From positions 1 through 58,723 of the forward strand of contig RQSC01000053.1 of the NCBI GenBank assembly GCA_013416795.1: a stretch of 58,723 nt of DNA, given 5' to 3'. Under the pieces are notes generated by a model. That model made no database searches. It was not told where the DNA came from and saw only the letters and a list, made by a program, of their open reading frames with translations. Below are positions 52,501-58,723 of this stretch, piece by piece (position 1 is the first letter of the stretch; each line of letters begins with the position of its first letter). Source of the DNA: Prasinococcaceae sp. CCMP 1430 (Eukaryota; Plantae; Prasinodermophyta). A program made the translations under genes and the position numbers.

Positions 52501-53712
52501 CCGTCCGGGCTGCACCGCTCGCTCGCGCTGCGCTTCATCGAGGCGCAGGCGCTCATGCTTGCGCCCGTGACACCGCACTTCGCCGAGCACGTGTGGGCGC
52601 GCCTGCTCAAGCGCGAGGGCTTCGCAGTCAATGCAGGCTGGCCCAAGGGGGGCAAGGTCGACCCGAGCCTCGCCGTTGCGCGCGAGTACGTCACCGATCT
52701 GCTCGCGTCGCTGCGTAAGCAGCTCGCCAAGAAGGCGGGCAAGGGCGGCAAGAAGGGTGCGGACGGCATCGACACGCTGCATCTGTACGTCGCCCCGCGC
52801 TTCGAGGGATGGCGCGCGGTCTGCCTGCGCATCCTGCGCTCAGCGTACGACCCATCGGCGCCTGGTGGCTCGCGCTTCCCGGCCGATGCCGAGGTGCTCG
52901 CCCAAGTGAAGGCCTCGCCCGAGATATCGCAGATGGCAGAAGCCAAGCAGGTGCTCAAGCTCGTGATGCCCTTCCTCAAGTTCAAGAAGGCGCAGGTGGA
53001 GACCCTCGGCGCGGACGCGCTCTCCGACACGCTCGCCTTCGACGAGGCAGGGGCGCTCGAGGCGTCGAGTGAGTACCTGCGCCGTTCGCTCGGCCTCGCG
53101 TCGGCCAAGGTCCTGTCGGTCGAGAACAAGGCCGCCGTTGACAAGGCAGGGCCGCTGCACGCGGCTGCCATCGCGGCTGCGACACCGGGCGCGCCCGCGG
53201 CGCTCCTCATGAGCGCGGCGGAGGCAGCGCCGCCGACGGTTTACGGCGACTCCGGGTGTGCCGGCGCGCGCGCGGTGGCGGCGCTCTCAGCGCTGTGCGA
53301 CGCCGAGGTCACTTTCAGCGGCGAGGCGCCGCCGGCATCGGTGGCGGCGGCGATGGCCGCCTATTCCACACCCTGCGCCGCGCGCGTGCGGGGCGCGGCA
53401 GTCGCCGGCGCAGCTTCCATGCTGCGCGCCATTGCCCTGGCGGCCGCCCCCGCGCGCGTGGGCGCGCCTGGTAGCGCCGAGAACCAGCTGCTTGACCTCT
53501 GCGTGCGCAACGTCGCGCCGGCGCTCGCATCGGGAGACGCCGCGCGCGCGGGCACCTCGCTGGACGCGCTCGAGGGTGCGCTCGAGGGCAGGACTGTGGA
53601 CGCTGAGGGTGCGTGCATCGGGCAGGTGTACGCGGCCGCGCTGCTGCGCGACGCCGACGTGGGGGCGCGTGCCGCCTGTGCGGCGCACAAGGGCGCAGCA
53701 TGGGCGCGGTAG
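49552..53712 (+). CDS. LARS1: Cytosolic (eukaryotic/archaeal-type) leucyl-tRNA synthetase with C-terminal GST-like extension; true start uncertain, homology begins near 49950
   Basis: ARRDLLLAIQ, FPYPYMNGLLHLGHAF (HIGH), GFHCTGMPI, CP1 AATLRPETMYGQTN and GTGVVTSVPADAPDD, WACSRSFGLG, ESLSDSTIYMAYY, GKDLIQNHL, KMSKS. Confidence 0.96.
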   Translation: MRIDAAAPAANAPSERTVRATDARACAARLAEQDIESETVKAKPIFSAAPAGTQRAERGSQAGRQYCEFGSFHGRATSNGRAGGVTGGADWEEDPGIDRWNEHARGGKTSARAGGRCARRLDRGAGSEARGASARRDLLLAIQRDAQQRWDAGKVFEVDAPEGAEGAPGEKYFANFPYPYMNGLLHLGHAFSLSKVEFATAFHRLLGEKVLFPQGFHCTGMPIKACADKIKREIEMYGNPPVFPSDEEREAEAAAKEAAKAKAAAAAEPKADPTKFKATKGKAAAKKGVGATQWEIMRMSGIPDEEIAAFADSLHWLNYFPPLAKRDLTAMGCGIDWRRSFITTDVNPYYDAFVRWQFNKLKAQAKVVKATRYAVYSPIDGQPCADHDRASGEGVQPQEYVLIKMQVLELPDALKTACAGKEGKVFFAAATLRPETMYGQTNCWILPDGDYGAYEMASGEVFVMGEHAARNASYQLMSAEWGVPKRLASFKGAAMLGVPLKAALAVNQRIYCLPMMTILMDKGTGVVTSVPADAPDDYMALQDLKNKPALREKYGIKDEWVMPFEVIPIIRIPDFDEDGETTTSAVHMCTKLGIKSQNDKVKLAEAKKATYLRGFNDGVLMVGEHAGTKVAEAKAVIKKELVDAGWAALYAEPESPVMSRSGDLCVVALTDQWYLTYGETNWRAQAEACLKDMETYHPECRSQFEHTLGWLSQWACSRSFGLGTWLPWDDQYLIESLSDSTIYMAYYTVAHLIQNGEMYGKDKSQVDAADLTDDVWDYAFQDGPVPARVASGESSLSMETLAAMRREFRFFYPFDLRVSGKDLIQNHLTFALYNHVALFPKKHWPLGYRCNGHLMLDGEKMSKSTGNFKTLQQAIDLYSADAMRFALADAGDTMDDANFEDATANNAILRLTKELAWAEDTIAAAPTMRDGELTFADKIFENDINKAVAETRTRYESMMFREAMQSGFYAMQNARDLWRAACGPSGLHRSLALRFIEAQALMLAPVTPHFAEHVWARLLKREGFAVNAGWPKGGKVDPSLAVAREYVTDLLASLRKQLAKKAGKGGKKGADGIDTLHLYVAPRFEGWRAVCLRILRSAYDPSAPGGSRFPADAEVLAQVKASPEISQMAEAKQVLKLVMPFLKFKKAQVETLGADALSDTLAFDEAGALEASSEYLRRSLGLASAKVLSVENKAAVDKAGPLHAAAIAAATPGAPAALLMSAAEAAPPTVYGDSGCAGARAVAALSALCDAEVTFSGEAPPASVAAAMAAYSTPCAARVRGAAVAGAASMLRAIALAAAPARVGAPGSAENQLLDLCVRNVAPALASGDAARAGTSLDALEGALEGRTVDAEGACIGQVYAAALLRDADVGARAACAAHKGAAWAR

Positions 53713-53751
53713 TCGGCGACAGTAACGCTTTGCGTCGCGAAACCCAGTCTC

Positions 53752-54628
53752 TCACTCGCGCTCGAACACGAGCCAGAAGTTGTTGGCGGGCATGTCGCGC
53801 ACCTCGCGCAAGTCGAGGCCCTCGGCGGCGCACGCGCGGGCGACCTCGTCAATGTCGCGGTACCCGAAGGCCGCGTCGCGCGCGCGCAGGCTCGCATCGA
53901 AGGCGCGGTCGCTTTCGCCGTTGAATGCGCCGTCGCGCGTGAAGGGCCCGTACACGCCCAGCACCCCACCGCGCTTCAGCACGCGCGCGGCGCCTGCGGC
54001 GAGGCCGAGCGTAGACTCCCAAGGGCTGATGTGCGTCCTGCTCCGGCCCAGGCCCGAGACACAGGTGGCGCGGGCGGCGCCGTCAGCGCCACGAGCACCA
54101 GCGACGCTAGCGACGCCGCGACAAGCAGCTGCGCGAGCAGCCGCGCATGGCGCGACGCACATGTTGACGCACACCACGGCGTCGTACCGACCCGCGCCTT
54201 CTGCCTCCGCCTCCGCCTCACCCCAGCGGCTAAGAGTGAGCCCGTTGCGCGGCCCGCATGCGGCGCCGAGGTCAGCATGTGCTTGTGCATGCGCGTGTGC
54301 GCGCGTGTGATCGCATGCGTGTGCGCCGTGCCGCGCACCTGTTGGCAGCGTCAAGCTGAGAGGCCTTGCGTATGTCGGCGCCGCCTGCCCGCGCGTTCTC
54401 GCAGTGGTGCTCGATGGCAGGCAGCAGTGCCGGGTCGGCCTCAGTAGGAAACCAAACGGCGCCGCGCGCGCCGGGCAGTCGCGGCGCCAGGTACGCCGCG
54501 TGCTCGCCGGGGCCCGACGCCACCTCGAGCACACGCGCGCCCTCGGGGAGTCCCGCCGCCAGCAGCGCCGCGAGGATCGGCTCGCGATTCCTGACGAATG
54601 CCGGCGATGTCGGCACGCTCCCCGCCAT
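53752..54628 (-). CDS. METTL26: DUF938 / METTL26-like methyltransferase; complement join(53752..54037,54161..54229,54339..54628)
   Basis: SPAFVRNREPIL, VLEVASGPGEHA, WFPTE, VNM|THISPW across intron, YGPFTRDG..ESDRAFDASLRARD..GYRDI, MPANNFWLVF. Confidence 0.93.
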
Positions 54629-54827
54629 TGCCACCGCGCGGTACCCCGTCGTCGCCGCCGCGCGAGCCGCGGCCGCCCTCGCCCGTGATCCTTCCCGCGT
54701 CCCGGCTGCTCGCGCGGCGAGCATGTGCGAGCGACGAGCCCCGCGGTCGGGACCGCGCCGCGCGCGCTGTGTGGTTCAGTGCCGGCAGCGGGAGCGACTG
54801 CGAGAGAAAAAATTGCGATGCATTGTA

Positions 54828-54832
54828 TTACA
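54828..54832 (-). terminator. Putative UGUAA polyadenylation signal of the plant-like CRY
   Basis: TTACA on + strand, 85 nt past the stop at 54917. Confidence 0.4.
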
Positions 54833-54916
54833 TGTACCACCCCCGGTACCTGGACACTGTTCCGACACTACCGACCCCGACACCTCCGCCTCGGTCCTGA
54901 CGCGCGCTGCCCGCTG

Positions 54917-56425
54917 TCATTGAGCCTTCGAGAAGAACGCGCGAATGTCGCGCTGGGCCACAGAGCGGGGCGTGAACTGCGGCTGCCTCTTCTGCCTCGC
55001 CAGCGAGGACGAGGAGGCCGCGGTGTGCTCGCCCACCTGCGCTCTCGCGAACGTGCGCTTTCCGCCACCACCCCCGCCCCCGCCGCCACCGCCCGCGGTT
55101 GCAGTCCCCTTTCCCTTGCCTTTTCCCCTGAGCGGCGGGATGGTGTACACGCGTATGCGCTGCTGCTCCTTGTTGCGCCACACGGTGGAGCCCACGGGCG
55201 CGTCGATGACGTCGTACCCATTGCCATCCTCGTCGCGCGGAGGTGCGGTGGCGCGCGCGGCGCGTGCGGCCTCCAGCGAGGCCTGTCGCGCGGCCTTGAG
55301 ATCCCTTAGCCTGGGGTGGCGCTCGGGGTAGTTGGCGCCGAGAGCGACGCCCGCGCGCGCGAGCACGTCCGGGGGCGCGTTCCAGGGCTCGTGCGTGTGC
55401 TGCTTGGGCAGCAGCGCGAGCTCCGGCACCCACTTGCGAATGTACTCGCCCGTGGGGTCGCTCGCCTTGCTGACGGGGCTGACGGTGAACGACCACTGGT
55501 CGATTCCGCACTTGGCGGCGTTCTGCCACATCATGCCGTTGATGGCCAGATCCCCGTCGACCAGGAAGTCGTGGAAGTGCCTCGCGCCCTCGCGCCAGTC
55601 GATGTTGCAGTAGTCCACCAGGTACGCGGCGGCCGACATGCGCACCGACTGCGAGATGTAACCCGAGGCGATGAGCTCGCGCATGGCGGCGTCCACCAGG
55701 GGGAAGCCCGTGCGCCCTTCACGCCAGCCGCGCAGCAGCTCGCGCGCCTCCGCGCCGCCCAGCCAGCGCTGGTTGGCGTATGCCGGCCGCAGCGGCGCCG
55801 CGCTGAGTGCGGGCCAGTGATGCAGCTGCCAGTACGCCAGGTCGCGCCAGTAGAGCCGCCGATAGGCAGTCTTGGAGACGCGGAACCCCCCTGCGGCCTC
55901 GACCCCGGCGCGCACGCGCCGCGGCGAGATGATCCCGAGCCGCAGGTATGGGGACAGGCGAGAGACCGCCTCGCGCGAGTCCGCGCGTGAGCGGTCGCGC
56001 TCGTACCGCGCGTACCGCTCCGAAGTCCACCGCGCGAGCTCGGCGTGCGCGGCCGCCTCTCCGAACCCTCGCCAGTGCTTGGCGAACTCGTCGCTCCATC
56101 GCGGCACGCCCGGCTGCGCCCCGTCGACGTCGAGGCCGAGCGCTGACAAGGGGAGCGGCCGCGCCGCGGCGACCTCGTCGGCGCCGTGGCCAGGCGGGAG
56201 CGTCGCGGGCGCCGCGTGCGTGCGATAGTCCTCCCCGAGCTCTCGGCAGGTGGCCACGAAGGGCGTGAGCGTGCCGAAGTGGCCCGTCCACTTCCCCGGA
56301 AAGGGCAGCCGCACGTCCTCTGGCGCGTGCAGCAGGAATCCGGGAAAGAGTACCACGTCCACGCCCGCGTCCGCGAGCGCGCGCGCGGCGGCCGCGTCGC
56401 ACGCGCGCAGGTGCGGCTCGTAGCG
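54917..56425 (-). CDS. Cryptochrome/photolyase family protein, plant-like CRY (CryP/PPL) type, 5' end in gap, C-terminal PIP-box
   Basis: SRLSPYLRLGIIS, RRLYWRDLAYWQL, WREGRTGFPLVDAAMREL, GYISQSVRM, IDWREG, DGDLAINGMMWQN..GIDQWSF, DPTGEYIRKWVPEL; tail ends QRDIRAFFSKAQ. Family is certain; clade is inferred from the SQSVRM and NxMMWQN...DQW motifs. Confidence 0.9.
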   Translation of the reverse strand, partial: RYEPHLRACDAAAARALADAGVDVVLFPGFLLHAPEDVRLPFPGKWTGHFGTLTPFVATCRELGEDYRTHAAPATLPPGHGADEVAAARPLPLSALGLDVDGAQPGVPRWSDEFAKHWRGFGEAAAHAELARWTSERYARYERDRSRADSREAVSRLSPYLRLGIISPRRVRAGVEAAGGFRVSKTAYRRLYWRDLAYWQLHHWPALSAAPLRPAYANQRWLGGAEARELLRGWREGRTGFPLVDAAMRELIASGYISQSVRMSAAAYLVDYCNIDWREGARHFHDFLVDGDLAINGMMWQNAAKCGIDQWSFTVSPVSKASDPTGEYIRKWVPELALLPKQHTHEPWNAPPDVLARAGVALGANYPERHPRLRDLKAARQASLEAARAARATAPPRDEDGNGYDVIDAPVGSTVWRNKEQQRIRVYTIPPLRGKGKGKGTATAGGGGGGGGGGGKRTFARAQVGEHTAASSSSLARQKRQPQFTPRSVAQRDIRAFFSKAQ

Positions 56426-56842
56426 NNNNNNNNNNNNNNNNNNNNNNNNNNNNNNNNNNNNNNNNNNNNNNNNNNNNNNNNNNNNNNNNNNNNNNNNNNN
56501 NNNNNNNNNNNNNNNNNNNNNNNNNNNNNNNNNNNNNNNNNNNNNNNNNNNNNNNNNNNNNNNNNNNNNNNNNNNNNNNNNNNNNNNNNNNNNNNNNNNN
56601 NNNNNNNNNNNNNNNNNNNNNNNNNNNNNNNNNNNNNNNNNNNNNNNNNNNNNNNNNNNNNNNNNNNNNNNNNNNNNNNNNNNNNNNNNNNNNNNNNNNN
56701 NNNNNNNNNNNNNNNNNNNNNNNNNNNNNNNNNNNNNNNNNNNNNNNNNNNNNNNNNNNNNNNNNNNNNNNNNNNNNNNNNNNNNNNNNNNNNNNNNNNN
56801 NNNNNNNNNNNNNNNNNNNNNNNNNNNNNNNNNNNNNNNNNN
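56426..56842. other. Assembly gap (N run)
   Basis: 417 Ns. Confidence 0.99.
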
Positions 56843-57627
56843 CCCACGCACACCCCCCTCCGTCCTGCCTCCCTCGCGCGCGCTTGGCGCCGCGGTGGCG
56901 CGCGCGTGGCGCACTCTCGGATCGCGCTCCCCTCGCTCCCCTCAAGGCGGATGCCGCAAAGGTCGCGCCCCCAAACCAACGCGCACGTCGATCGAAGAAG
57001 CCCCAACCAGCCAAAAATCGGGGCAGCCGAGTGCCACATCCAAATGGATGCAGCAGAAGAATTCATCAGTCCGCGGCGGTTCGCAGTTCGGTCGGGCTCT
57101 CATGGTCGGCGCCCGCCCTCCCGCCGGAACGGAGCGGAGTGCGAACTTCGAATTCGAGAGCGATTGGAGGGAGCCTCCGCTTCGCCTCGGCGCGAGAGGG
57201 GGAGGGAGGGAGGCCACAGGGCGCGTGCGAGACACACGAGGCGCCGCCAGGGCGCGGCGCGCGGGAGGGACCCTCCCGCCCCCCCCCCGCCCACCGCCAC
57301 CACTGCGCGCGCGTGCGCGACTGCGCGCGAGTCGCCGCGCCGGCCTCGGCCGCCCCCTCCGCTCCCGGCAACACCATCCGCTCCCCTCCCGCTCAACCAC
57401 CCATCCGCCCGCCCACCCACTCCACGCCGCCACGAACGCCAGCGCCGACGCCGGCGCCGGCGCGCGAACGGATGGGCGTGGGGGCGCAAGAGCGGAAGTA
57501 ACGCGGCCGCGCTGGCCTCCTCCCCCACCCCCCGCCCACCCCGAGACTCACCGGCCCTCCTCCGTCACTCCACAGTCCACACACACACACACACACCGGC
57601 CGCCGGTGCGCCGCGATGGAGGCCTTC

Positions 57628-58458
57628 CTGGAGGATGGCGTCGAGGCCTGTGAAGCCGATCCAGATGGCGGCGACCAGACCGAAGCCGAGTCCGATGGCG
57701 GGACCGCCGAGCACGCTGCGAGCGAAGAACCCAATCACCCCGCCCGCGCTGTAGCTGATGCCATTCTGCAGGTTGAGGAAGAGTCGGAACATGACGGCCG
57801 CGCTGCCGTCATTCAGCAGGCTCTCGCCCGTGATGACGACGGTCAGAGCGCGCGGTGCCCCCAGCTCCTTTAGGAGCGCGACCACGGCGACTGGATCGGT
57901 GGCGGACAGGATTGACCCAAGCGCCATAGCGGTGTACCAGTTCCAGTTGTACGGAAAGACGTACTTCCCGACCACGGCCGTGAGGAACGCACCCAGACCC
58001 ACAGCGACGAACGCCAGAATGAGGATCTGGATGATCGATTTCTTGAATATGTGGACGTTGGTGGCCATCGCATCGGCCATGACGAGCGCCGGAAGGAACG
58101 CGAAGAGCACCAGCTCCCCGTTGATAAAGACCCAGGCTTCTGTCGCAGGATAGAGCGTCCCAAGGCTGCCATTGGAGGCAGGCGGGGTACCATCCCCGAC
58201 GAGACTGCTCGGAAAGCCAGTTTCGCTCCACCAGAGGCCGAGCAAAAATCCGACTATTAGAACTGCAGCGGTGTACGGCACCTTGGAGATGAAGAACGTG
58301 TTTCGCGCCAGCGTCGCCACGTGCCGCGCGACAAGCCCCCAGAAGAGCGCGAAGAAGAAGTACAGGATCGGCAGGAACGGCTCCTCAGTGAGTTGCGATT
58401 CTCCTCCCTCTCCATGCTCGAGCAGCACGCGCTTCAGCGTGCGCGCGACCGTCGCCAT
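57628..58458 (-). CDS. SOS1: CPA1 Na+/H+ antiporter, SOS1/NHX7-like, N-terminal half only (apparently truncated)
   Basis: KVPYTAAVL, FAFLPALV, MALGSILSATDPVAVVALLKELGA, GESLLNDGSAAVMF, LGGPAIGLGFG. Similarity stops after GLDAILQ; in-frame stop at 57565. Confidence 0.85.
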
Positions 58459-58723
58459 GGCGGCAGCTCAGGCGCTGCCGCAATCTTTCTACCCTCCCTC
58501 CCTCGAGGCCCCTGCCACTACGCAGCGGGAGCGCGACGGAGCCTTGCTCATGTATCTATCCCCCACCGGATGTGGCGCGTACCGCGTCGCGGCCGTGTTG
58601 AACGCAGCGAAAAAACACGCCCGGCGCGTTTGGCGGCGCCGCCGGCGCCGCCGGCGTCGCGCCGCTCCGCTTCGCGGAGCGGCGCACCCGACCAACCTCC
58701 CCCTAAACCCACCCCCGCACACC

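Noticed and set aside
2385-54338. Apparent excess of frame-preserving (3n) introns
   Set aside because: 9 of 20 reconstructed introns are 3n against about one third expected. Not convincing at this sample size, and stop-free introns are expected at this GC content.
2385-54338. Introner-like repeated introns
   Set aside because: Introns share composition (CG runs, C-rich tracts) but no recognisable shared sequence or target-site duplications.
1-58723. tRNA, rRNA, CRISPR arrays, transposase or reverse-transcriptase genes
   Set aside because: No cloverleaf, rRNA signature, regularly spaced repeats or transposon protein motifs were recognised by eye.

Overview
Compact, very GC-rich eukaryotic nuclear DNA with short GT-AG introns (typical donors GTGCGT/GTACGT/GTGAGT, branch CTGAC/CTCAC) and five N gaps. 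Gene content (Cpn20, CDKD, APUM23, plant cryptochrome, plastid phosphate translocator, kelch-bearing outer-arm dynein alpha chain) indicates a green alga, probably prasinophyte-grade; the species cannot be fixed from sequence alone. About 21 protein genes were reconstructed by hand with splice junctions: Cpn20, sphingosine kinase, OGFOD2, a folate-receptor-family protein, MMTAG2, CDKD, spermidine synthase, ODA11 dynein, an FHA-kinase, PIG-U, APUM23/Nop9, a bestrophin-like gene, plant CRY, RAD21, a DEAD-box helicase, PIMT, an LSMT-like SET protein, LeuRS, METTL26, a plant-like CRY/photolyase and a truncated SOS1-like antiporter. No tRNA, rRNA, CRISPR array or intact mobile element was recognised. 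Most interesting signals are unusual domain architectures: (1) a VCCN/bestrophin-like channel reading in frame into a plastid phosphate translocator; (2) a plant-like cryptochrome/photolyase ending in a canonical PCNA PIP-box; (3) cytosolic LeuRS with a C-terminal GST-like domain; (4) a UVR-domain DEAD-box helicase; (5) a degenerate FHA plus aprataxin-type kinase preceded by a closely spaced small ORF (possible bicistron). All family assignments come from remembered motifs; no database search was run.
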